Shown here piece after piece: positions 19,975 through 27,936 of a stretch of 64,000 nt of DNA. The notes beneath the pieces are model-generated. The model was not told where the DNA came from and made no database searches. It saw nothing but the letters and a program-made list of their open reading frames with translations. The stretch covers positions 6,530 to 70,529 of the forward strand of contig JAWLHJ010000006.1 of assembly GCA_041690395.1 (NCBI GenBank), read 5' to 3'. Each line of letters starts with the position of its first letter. The first letter of the stretch is position 1. A program made the position numbers and the translations under genes. The stretch is from Longimicrobiales bacterium (GTDB taxonomy: Bacteria > Gemmatimonadota > Gemmatimonadetes > Longimicrobiales > Gaopeijiaceae).

Positions 19975-20443
19975 GCGATGCAGCCCAGAGGCGGTCGGGG
20001 GAGGCCAACAGTTCCTTTGCCAGGGCTGCCGTCCGCTCCTCAAGCCCTGTTTGAGGTTCCTGATCTTCCAGGCGCATCGAGTGGCGGACCGATCCGAGCA
20101 TCTGTTGTGCAAGGCGCAGGGCTCGGACCTCCAACGTCTCTTGGATTGCGCGTCTGGGTACGAGGGCATATACGAACTCGCAATCAAGCGCGTGAGCAGC
20201 TTCCTCCAAGGCATTCAAAGTGGCCGACCCGACCGCTTCGCGTCGCTCTAGCTGACTGACTGCCTGTTGTGAAACGTCCATCCGGCGGGCCAGGTCCCCT
20301 TGGCTCATAGCATGAGCTGTTCTGATGGCGTTGACCCATCCGCCCTCCGGGACCCGGAGGGCGGGAGCGACCTCGCGTGCAGTCTTCAGGCGGCGGTCCA
20401 GCTGCTGTCGCGCCAGTTCTCGGATTCGTCTGTCGGTATTCAT
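19964..20443 (-). CDS. XRE-HTH protein (mobile mystery protein A type)
   Basis: PEGGWVNAIRTA..MSQ..LARRM...LDCEFVYALVP...HSMRLEDQ. Confidence 0.88.
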   Translation of the reverse strand: MNTDRRIRELARQQLDRRLKTAREVAPALRVPEGGWVNAIRTAHAMSQGDLARRMDVSQQAVSQLERREAVGSATLNALEEAAHALDCEFVYALVPRRAIQETLEVRALRLAQQMLGSVRHSMRLEDQEPQTGLEERTAALAKELLASPDRLWAASLDE

Positions 20444-20601
20444 TCCGCTCGTTCCAACAAGTTATGACTTGTGTCGTTGTGCTCGTGGCACAAGCTAAAA
20501 ATAGTACCATGGCAATTAGGGCACAATCCTTACCTTGTTGACAAGCTACGGACACACCAGCCATGCCTTGTGGGCGAGGGCCGAGAAAAAGAATCTGCAC
20601 G

Positions 20602-20666
20602 ACGCTGAAAGGACATGCAGGTCGGAGCGAACGCAGTGAGCGGAGCCGGAAACATTCTTGTTATAC
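20602..20666 (-). repeat. Intergenic repeat copy 1 (attC-like)
   Basis: Shares an exact 18-mer (ccggaaacattcttgtta) and ~60 bp of similarity with 22076-22154. Confidence 0.6.
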
Positions 20667-20707
20667 GCAGTGGCGCAGCGCCCTTCGGCCCCCTCTCACC
20701 AACCCCA

Positions 20708-21898
20708 TTATTCAGAGCGAGTCAAGGCGTACCGTTCGACTCGCTCCACCTCCAACTCGTCCCTGGACAAGACGAGGAGATAGTCGTTCCCCACCTCCAA
20801 CAGATCCTGCCCCGGCGGGAGTAGTAGGTCCCCGAGGTAACCCTCCTCTTGATCCAACAACGACCATGCTTCGCCCGTCAGCGGGTCAACAGAGTACGCT
20901 CGGGCCCACACCACACCTTCGGAGTCGACCTGGAGGGCGGTATAGGCGGGGACGGATTCCGGCCAGTCCCACTCGGCTACGGAGGTCCGAATGTTGGGCT
21001 GGCGAGCGGCCTCCACACCTCGGAGCATGACCTCAAGGTTCCGAGCCTTCAAGGAGTCGGTGACATCGAGGCTGAGGCGAGGACCGCGGAGCAGGGCTTG
21101 GAGCGTCCCGTCGAGTCCACGGACCTCCACCTCGAACTGCTCCCCGGAGCCAACGAACACCTGGTCGTCGTGCAGATCGAAGACCGTGGCCCGTCCAGCC
21201 GGATGCGGTCGTGAACCATTCGGAGTGCCGATCCGCTCGCTGACCAACCACACGCCGAGCTCCGCGTCATCCTCACCCTCTAGTGAGGTCAGGAGCAGCC
21301 GGTCGCGAACGGCGTGGAAACCCAACTGAGGACCTGCTGACCAGTCCATCCCCCAACCGAGAACCAGGATCCGCCCTTCGGGATCGCATGCGAGGTTGTA
21401 CGGCGCGATCCCGTCCGGCGTCCTCAGAACTTCACGACCAAGGAAAGCGCCCTCCGATGAGAAGCGGGCCACCTGCCAGTTCAGGTCGAAGGCGGTGAAT
21501 CCGTCGTCCTGGCATCGTCCTATCGCCCGCAGGTACTGAAACTCCCCGGGGCCTTCACCTTCGCGGCCGAACGTCTCTACGAGCCTGCCCTCTGAGTCGT
21601 AGGCTCTGATCTCGTTCGTGCCGCCATTGGCCACCAAGATTCGCCCGTCAGGGAGTTGCATGGCTCCCACGACCCGACTCAGCAGATACTCCGGGGCGCC
21701 TTGGGTCTCTCCGACGCTCCAGTCGGGTGCTTCTGCGATCTGCCAAGGAGCCAGAAACCGAGCTGTGGCTTGGGTCTCCACGATCCGCACGCCGCTGCTG
21801 TCCCGGACGATTATGCTATTCGACGGAGCTTCCGACCCGCCACATGATACGGCTGCTGACAGTAGCGTCAGCGTAAGGCTCCGTGCCCAACGGCTCAT
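20708..21898 (-). CDS. 6-bladed beta-propeller-type lipoprotein
   Basis: Lipobox AVSC, VRDSSGVRIVE, GREGEGPGEF motif. Confidence 0.82.
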   Translation of the reverse strand: MSRWARSLTLTLLSAAVSCGGSEAPSNSIIVRDSSGVRIVETQATARFLAPWQIAEAPDWSVGETQGAPEYLLSRVVGAMQLPDGRILVANGGTNEIRAYDSEGRLVETFGREGEGPGEFQYLRAIGRCQDDGFTAFDLNWQVARFSSEGAFLGREVLRTPDGIAPYNLACDPEGRILVLGWGMDWSAGPQLGFHAVRDRLLLTSLEGEDDAELGVWLVSERIGTPNGSRPHPAGRATVFDLHDDQVFVGSGEQFEVEVRGLDGTLQALLRGPRLSLDVTDSLKARNLEVMLRGVEAARQPNIRTSVAEWDWPESVPAYTALQVDSEGVVWARAYSVDPLTGEAWSLLDQEEGYLGDLLLPPGQDLLEVGNDYLLVLSRDELEVERVERYALTRSE

Positions 21899-22075
21899 CC
21901 TCTCTCTCCTGTTCTGGAACGACCAGGGCGAGACCGAAAAGCGCCTACCGTGTACCTATTTCTGAAGTCATCTCGCTTCCCGCTGCGTCATTGCGGATAG
22001 CGTTCAGATGTTTCCGACGTGGCCCACCACCGACTCCGTCCGGAACTGGCCACTCGTCATGAATACGGCTTAGAC

Positions 22076-22154
22076 GCTCAACCCGCCACACACGCTCCAG
22101 GCCATGTAGAGGGAGTGAGCGAAGCAAACGGACCCGGAAACATTCTTGTTAACT
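22076..22154 (-). repeat. Intergenic repeat copy 2 (attC-like)
   Basis: Minus strand AGTTAAC...GCTTCGCTCACTCC...GTTGAGC; homologous to 20602-20666. Confidence 0.6.
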
Positions 22155-22215
22155 GACGTCGCAACACCCGCCCGTTCCCTCCCAACCTTGTGTCGTTCCA
22201 AGCAGTCCTTACGGG

Positions 22216-23598
22216 TCATGCAGCGGGCTCTTCTGCGTACCTGAGCTGCCGGTCGATCTGCCCCATCCACTTACGAGCGAGAGCCCGCTGCCGTGAGTAG
22301 TCGTCGGGATCGTTCTGGGCCAGAAAGGCTTCGAAGTCACGTCGAGCCGAAGCCGCGTCCTTTTTGGCCTTATGGTTGATCACACCCAGTAGGAAGTAGA
22401 GTTGGGCGCGATCTGGCTCTGCCTCCAGGACCCGGTGAATGAATTCCTCGGATTGGATGGGCACAGTGGAATCATTTGGTGGATTCCTTACCGCGTGTCT
22501 GAGTTGCTCGGATGCTTCATCCATCCGCCCATCGTAGGCCAGTAGGAAGGCCTTGCTGTAGCGCCAGGTTGTGTCGGGATTCCCATTGCAGGAGTCGAGC
22601 ACCTCCAGCGCTCCATCGACATCCCTTTCGAGCTCGAAAAGGCAAATGGCCCGATGTAGCTTGCCCGAATAGTAGTTCGGATCGTAGCCATCCAGCCGGT
22701 CCAGCACCTCCACCGATGTCCTCAGGTGTTCGATGTCTCGCTTCAGATAGTACTGGTGGTACAGTCCATTCAGCCGCGACTTGAGGACCTCGGCGATCCG
22801 TAACGGAACCCGGTTCTTAATCTTTGCCAGGTTCGGCGGAAGATCCCCGTCCTGATTCAGCCGCCCCTCAAGGTTCACGAGGATAGATTCCGCGTAGTCG
22901 AGATCCCCGGAGATCATCGATGCCAGGGCAACAACGTATCGGGCGGCCACGTCAATCCACCCGGCTGTGATCTCGAGGGAGAACAAGTCGTTCTCTTTCG
23001 CGACGATCAGCCTACGGGGAAATACTTCGACAAACTCCTTTCGCAGTTGGTCATGGATCTCCTCTTGAACCCGCTTATGGACTACGAGTCCTTCTAACTC
23101 AAGAACGTGGCTATCCTCGCCGCCGACGTGCCGCTCCCGTGCGCGTCCATAGATGACGAAGTGACCGCGGGTCTTCCTAACGAACTCTGTCGCTGCGGCT
23201 TCATCCTTCAGCGTAGCGTAGCGGTGGCCGGGGTGAATTCGGAGGTGGAGGGGGTGCCTCCCCACACCCTTGCCGAGAAGCTTCTCCAACTGATGGACGA
23301 AGTCCTCACGCAACCGCTTCGCATAGTCGACATCTTCCACGGCGATCACCACGTCGATGCCGACCGAGTCCTTGGGATGTCGGGGCACCCGGTTCGACCA
23401 CATCCAGAGGATGGCTACGGCGGCCAAGGTCGCCACGAGGAAGAGTGACTCGTTGCGCGAGATGTTCTCGAAGTTGAGTTGTCCGAATACCGGCACGAGG
23501 ACCAGGACCACGAGAACAAGTGCCGCGATCAGGCCGGAGACTCTCGTCCAATGGTTCTTGGCCAGATCCGTGAAGAAGGAGGTGATCTCGCTCATCAA
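22216..23598 (-). CDS. Membrane-anchored protein with C-terminal TPR-like repeats
   Basis: Two N-terminal TM helices; helical repeats such as AQLYFLLGVINHKAKKDAASARRDFEAFL. Confidence 0.75.
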   Translation of the reverse strand: MMSEITSFFTDLAKNHWTRVSGLIAALVLVVLVLVPVFGQLNFENISRNESLFLVATLAAVAILWMWSNRVPRHPKDSVGIDVVIAVEDVDYAKRLREDFVHQLEKLLGKGVGRHPLHLRIHPGHRYATLKDEAAATEFVRKTRGHFVIYGRARERHVGGEDSHVLELEGLVVHKRVQEEIHDQLRKEFVEVFPRRLIVAKENDLFSLEITAGWIDVAARYVVALASMISGDLDYAESILVNLEGRLNQDGDLPPNLAKIKNRVPLRIAEVLKSRLNGLYHQYYLKRDIEHLRTSVEVLDRLDGYDPNYYSGKLHRAICLFELERDVDGALEVLDSCNGNPDTTWRYSKAFLLAYDGRMDEASEQLRHAVRNPPNDSTVPIQSEEFIHRVLEAEPDRAQLYFLLGVINHKAKKDAASARRDFEAFLAQNDPDDYSRQRALARKWMGQIDRQLRYAEEPAA

Positions 23599-23857
23599 GC
23601 ACGACCTTGTTTCACGCGGATCACTCCATGTACTTGGCAGTGCACGAGAGTGGGATAGACGCCACGCCTAAGCGATGTCAGTTGACTGTTCGTTTGCGAA
23701 CTCATTGGTCGCGAACGTGGCGGAGTGAGGCCAGGATCTCAACCTGGCCCCATCCTCGGGCGACCCAACCTATGGGACCCGGTGGGATTGCGCATTACTA
23801 CCGATTACCTGAGGGACATGGGGCCAACAAGTCCCCATGGCTCCAACGCCCTGGCCA

Positions 23858-23950
23858 GCAGCCCGAGCCCCAGCCCAACTTCCGCGAGTGGCTCACCGCG
23901 ACCCTGGACACCGAGCTGCTCGCGGACTTGGCCCGCCACGGGACAGACAC
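23858..23950 (+). pseudogene. Truncated paralogue of the acidic protein at 43140-43700
   Basis: QPEPQPNFREWLTATLDTELLADLARHGTDT versus QEPEPPATFREWLTGTLDAEQIEDLARHGADT; similarity breaks down thereafter. Confidence 0.8.
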
Positions 23951-23958
23951 GGATGGCC

Positions 23959-24225
23959 TCACCGGCGCCTCCGGTCCAGCCACCCCAGAAGCCGAAGCAC
24001 GAGATCCGCAGCCATCGCACCCCCGAGAAACAGCAACGCGTATACGACGAAGCCGGCATTCGGGAGGACGATGCTGAGAGCCAGATGCACGGCATACCCA
24101 GGAGCAGCCAGAATCCGTGCGAGGCCAACCGGTACGATGCCGCTGCCCGCGATCACGAGGGCGAGCTCCACGAGGAGGGAAGTCACGGTCAAGGGCCACC
24201 GGATCATGCTCCGCCTCCCGATCAC
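23959..24225 (-). CDS. Small membrane protein
   Basis: 88-aa hydrophobic ORF with a basic tail. Confidence 0.45.
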   Translation of the reverse strand: MIGRRSMIRWPLTVTSLLVELALVIAGSGIVPVGLARILAAPGYAVHLALSIVLPNAGFVVYALLFLGGAMAADLVLRLLGWLDRRRR

Positions 24226-24364
24226 GACTGCGATTCCGACGCCGACGCTGGCTGGGGACGGCGCCCGGCGACCAACCTATAGGACCGATGCCGGATGCGC
24301 ATTGATAGGTAATGTCGGCAAGGTGGGGCGGGGCGGGTTCGAGCCGCGCCAGGGGTTCCACAAA

Positions 24365-24401
24365 GGAAAACGCCCCGGGGCCTGACGGCCCCGTGGCGTT
24401 C
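24365..24401. terminator. GC-rich hairpin between two convergent tRNA-like 3' fragments
   Basis: aacgcc-ccggggcc-tgac-ggccccgt-ggcgtt stem with A-rich left flank. Confidence 0.6.
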
Positions 24402-24542
24402 CTCTTGCGCCCGGCAGGATGGAGCTGCGGTCGCCTGCGGCGATCCTCGCTCGTCTCGCGGAAGGCCACTCGGCCCCAACGGGGAACACCTTTCCCGGCC
24501 GCTCGGCTCGAACCTCAGAGTCCGCCTCCTCGACGAACACAA

Positions 24543-24579
24543 GAAAGCGGGGGCCCCCGAACTGGGGACCCCCGCTTTC
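24543..24579 (-). terminator. Terminator following the duplicated tRNA 3' end
   Basis: gaaagcggggg...cccccgctttc inverted repeat adjoining the att repeat. Confidence 0.75.
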
Positions 24580-24625
24580 ATGCGCCCGGCTGGATTCGAA
24601 CCAGCGACCTCATGCTCCGGAGGCA
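24580..24625 (-). repeat. att site: 46-bp direct repeat of the tRNA-Arg(CCG) 3' half
   Basis: atgcgcccggctggattcgaaccagcgacctcatgctccggaggca is identical to 48941-48986. Confidence 0.97.
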
Positions 24626-24725
24626 GTCAGGAGCAACCGTGGATCACGGCAAGAAATCGTCTAAACCCTTGATGGGCTGCACGATCTGCCGTTCTTGCTG
24701 ATCCACGATGCCGGACCGTGTCGGG

Positions 24726-24775
24726 CCTGAACAGCGGGAATAACGGAGGGAACGGCGGGAATTAGAGCGGGAACT
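24726..24775 (+). promoter_or_regulatory. Candidate integrase arm-type binding sites (left arm)
   Basis: Tandem aacagcgggaat / aacggagggaac / aacggcgggaat / agagcgggaact; the same motif occurs twice at 48848-48872. Confidence 0.65.
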
Positions 24776-25013
24776 GAGAGGATGCATGCCCCCCAGTGGC
24801 CCCCTTCGCGGATAGGGTGGTGGGACTCCTCTCCAGGTCTACGCTCGACGTCGGAAGCTGACTTTAATTCAGTCGTCATGAGGCGGGTGGGGACGGATAT
24901 CGCGTTGCGAGCCTCGCAGTCCAGTCGCATACTCGGACGCACATTAGACGCCGTAGGTGAATACGGCTGGTCCGTGGAACCAGAGTTAGCTGGCGCGTGA
25001 TGGGAGCAGGCCT

Positions 25014-25775
25014 GTGAGCATAGATGAGTCCCTTCTTGAGGAGGCCGAGGCGCTCCAGAACCTCCTCGTCAGCTACGCCACAGGTGGGGGGGAGGAGGGA
25101 GACGAAGCCGAGTACCTGAGACTTCGCCAGCTCTTCACGCAGGATGCCCGCGTCGCGGACTACGTTCCCCGATTCGTTCGCACGTCCCGGAGTCTGCACC
25201 AGTTTTGGGGCTTCATTAAGCCGAAATTCGGTACCTACGCTGAGCGTCGCAGCTACTTGTGGGAGGAGTTCAATCCACTTCTCACGGCCCTTGAGAAGGG
25301 GGTAGTGGGAAGCCCGGCCGACGCCGAGGTCGAGGACGTGCTTGCCCAAGTCGACGCCGAGCACATCCAAGCCGCTTGGTCCAAGGCGTTGGATCGCCGC
25401 AAGTCAGACCCGGAGGGCGCTATAACGATGGCGCGCACTCTTCTTGAGGGCGTCTGCAAATACATCCTCGATGATGGAGGAGTTCAGTACGGGAAGAAGG
25501 ACGATCTCCCCAAGCTCTACAGGAAGACGTCCGATTCGCTGAACCTGTCGCCATCCCAGCACACAGAGGGAGTGTTCAAACAGATCCTCGGCGGTTGCAC
25601 ATCGGTCGTCCAAGGGCTCGGTGCGCTTCGGAACGAACTCAGTGATGCTCACGGCAAGGGGGCCGGGGCTCCGAAGCCGGCTGCTAGGCATGCAGAGCTG
25701 GCCGTCAACCTCGCGGGAGCCATGGCCGCATACCTACTGGCAACTTGGGAGTCTCGAAATGAAGAGCCCACCTAG
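25014..25775 (+). CDS. Abortive infection family protein (Abi_C/HEPN-like C-terminus)
   Basis: DPEGAITMARTLLEGVCK...LRNELSDAHGKG...HAELAVNLAG. Confidence 0.85.
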   Translation: MSIDESLLEEAEALQNLLVSYATGGGEEGDEAEYLRLRQLFTQDARVADYVPRFVRTSRSLHQFWGFIKPKFGTYAERRSYLWEEFNPLLTALEKGVVGSPADAEVEDVLAQVDAEHIQAAWSKALDRRKSDPEGAITMARTLLEGVCKYILDDGGVQYGKKDDLPKLYRKTSDSLNLSPSQHTEGVFKQILGGCTSVVQGLGALRNELSDAHGKGAGAPKPAARHAELAVNLAGAMAAYLLATWESRNEEPT

Positions 25776-25952
25776 CGGGTGGGCCAGCTAAAAGGGAATT
25801 GCTACTGTCACGGGTTACCGGATGGTACGCTTCGCTTGTCATCGGGCGGGCCGTGCAGCAGAGTTCCGAGACGTTCGGTGGTGGCTTTCCCGGGGAACCT
25901 GTAGCGTGAAGATGCAAGGCGAGTCCAGCACCACCTCTAACTTGGAGGCGAC

Positions 25953-26234
25953 TTGATCCGCATCCTCATGTTGTGGTTCGGGTGGTTCCTTATCCTTGTG
26001 CCCTCGGCCCTGGTCCTAGTCGCGGCGGTTGTCATCGGCCTCGGGTTCATCGGTGCGGAAGAGATGGGGGTAGGCGCTGGAGTCGCCATCTCGGCCACGA
26101 TCTTCGGTATCGGTGTCTTCCAAGCCGCGGCACCCATCGTCGCTGGGATGCTCCTGGTGGCCCTGGCCAAGATGATGAAGCCAGAGCAACCGAAATCCCG
26201 CCCCCGCCGCCGCCGCCGCCGGAGGGGCCTATGA
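25953..26234 (+). CDS. Small membrane protein
   Basis: GGAGG RBS, hydrophobic segments, Arg-rich tail. Confidence 0.55.
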   Translation: MIRILMLWFGWFLILVPSALVLVAAVVIGLGFIGAEEMGVGAGVAISATIFGIGVFQAAAPIVAGMLLVALAKMMKPEQPKSRPRRRRRRRGL

Positions 26235-26432
26235 AGCGGACCGACGCAGCTCGGTAGGTCTGGTAGCGCCCGTGGTTTGTGTACGGGCCGGTGCGGCAGC
26301 AGAACTCCGATCCGTTAGAGCGCACCCACACCCTGCGTGCGCGCTCCCTCCAACCTCATGGCCGTGAGGTTTTTCAGCACTCGCTGCGATGCAAACGCTG
26401 GCTCCGAATCGACCGCGAACATAGCATTGAGC

Positions 26433-27212
26433 ATGCGTTTGACCGCCATTGCTGCAGCCTACCTGCTGCTGCTCCTACCTCTGGGAGCGGCGGCCCAAGT
26501 GGGATTTGTCGAGGTCCAGGGGATTCAGAGCGGCACTGCGTCCGTCGTGGTGTCCTCAACACGTTGGCCTGAGGCCCGCCGATTCGAACTCTCGGAAGAT
26601 CCAGTCCTTCTGGAGCTCTCGCCGGGCACGTACTCGCTTGAGGCGCACCAAGAGGGATTCGAGAGTTCTTCCCACGCCGTAACGGTCGCCCTCGATGAAG
26701 TGGAGATCGTTCGGCTCAACCTACTGCCGATCCGAACCGAGGTCCGGCTCATTCACCTCCTTCCCGCAGAGGTGCCTTTCGAGGTTGCCGACGCCCGGGG
26801 TGTGACCCCCGCAACCGTGCGAGTGCCGGTGGGCGAGCAACTGTTGCTGGTCGACGCGACCCCTTTTTGCGTGCGATTCACGGCTGACTCCGCAGCCTAC
26901 GTTCGTATCCGCGCCGGGGCCCTTGAGGAGCTCCGCGGCGCTAGTGCCTGCTTCCGGCCCGAACCGCCGTCCCCGCGTGGCATGACCATCCCTCCTACCA
27001 GCCGGGATCTGAGAGGTACGGAGGTCCAGGTCTGGGTCCTCGTAGACGAGACGGGGCGGGTCGTGGCCGACTCGACCTGGCTGGAACCACCTACTAGTGA
27101 CGATGGGTTCAATCGTCGACTGATTCGCGAGGCCGCAACGTGGCTTTTTCGTCCTGCCCGGCAGAACGGGCGGCCGGTCGCAGCTTGGTTCCCGTACCGC
27201 CTAATAATGTGA
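26433..27212 (+). CDS. Secreted PEGA-like + TonB C-terminal domain protein
   Basis: Signal peptide, LSPGTYSLEA..EGF (PEGA-like), C-terminal VQVWVLVDETGRV...WLFRPARQNGRPVAAW. Confidence 0.7.
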   Translation: MRLTAIAAAYLLLLLPLGAAAQVGFVEVQGIQSGTASVVVSSTRWPEARRFELSEDPVLLELSPGTYSLEAHQEGFESSSHAVTVALDEVEIVRLNLLPIRTEVRLIHLLPAEVPFEVADARGVTPATVRVPVGEQLLLVDATPFCVRFTADSAAYVRIRAGALEELRGASACFRPEPPSPRGMTIPPTSRDLRGTEVQVWVLVDETGRVVADSTWLEPPTSDDGFNRRLIREAATWLFRPARQNGRPVAAWFPYRLIM

Positions 27213-27277
27213 GTTACCGAGACCTGAGACACGTTGCTGGGGTCGGATGAGCAGCTATACCCCGCTTCCGACGGAGA

Positions 27278-27712
27278 TTGTCTGTGAATAAGCCTGGACT
27301 CTTGGGGCTAGTCGTTCTGATGGGCGTCACTTCGGCCTGCGCGGGCGCCCGGCCGAGCGACTCTCCCGCTCCCGTAGCTGATGTGCCGGACCAGAAGGTC
27401 CTCAACAGCGTGATCGACGACCTTCGGACGTTGGATCAAGGCTACTATGAGAACATCATCCGTCAGATCGCGCGGTGTTTTCGACCGCCAACCGACTCAA
27501 GTGATCATGAGGCCACAGTGTTCTTCTCGATCCGAGCGGACGGATCGGTGACGGATCCGCGGGTGCAGGAGACCTCGGGATCACGCGAGTTTGACGCCGC
27601 GGCATTGGGGTCCATCAGGGACTGCGCCGGCAGGGGACCGTTCGGACCGCTTCCCAAGGCTCTCAAACACGTACCGCTCCCGATCCTCTTCTCATTCCGG
27701 CCCTCGGGTTAG
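27278..27712 (+). CDS. Lipoprotein with TonB/TolA C-terminal domain
   Basis: Lipobox TSAC; ATVFFSIRADGSV...ETSGSREFDAAALGSI...PFGPLP. Confidence 0.72.
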   Translation: MSVNKPGLLGLVVLMGVTSACAGARPSDSPAPVADVPDQKVLNSVIDDLRTLDQGYYENIIRQIARCFRPPTDSSDHEATVFFSIRADGSVTDPRVQETSGSREFDAAALGSIRDCAGRGPFGPLPKALKHVPLPILFSFRPSG

Positions 27713-27936
27713 AACAAGGAATTCGGCCGGGCGCCGCCCCCCAGACTAGACGCCCCTCACTCCTTTCGTCACCCCTCCCAAACCGCCACCACCCGCACCG
27801 TCTCCGAGTTGAGGGGGATGAGCGCAGGTTAGCCGACGATCCGTTGGCCCCACGAAGCGTGAGCCATGCCTGGATCTCCGCATCCAAGCTGCGAGGCGCT
27901 GGCATGGGCGGCATTTTCCTCGCATCTTGCCGCCCC

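Noticed and set aside
20455..20545. ACAAG/CTTGT palindromes upstream of the mobile-mystery pair
   Set aside because: Plausibly ordinary autoregulatory operators, but too short and degenerate to call.
24580..24625. Second functional tRNA-Arg gene
   Set aside because: Only the 3' 46 nt are present; the D-arm and 5' acceptor strand are missing, so it is an att duplication.
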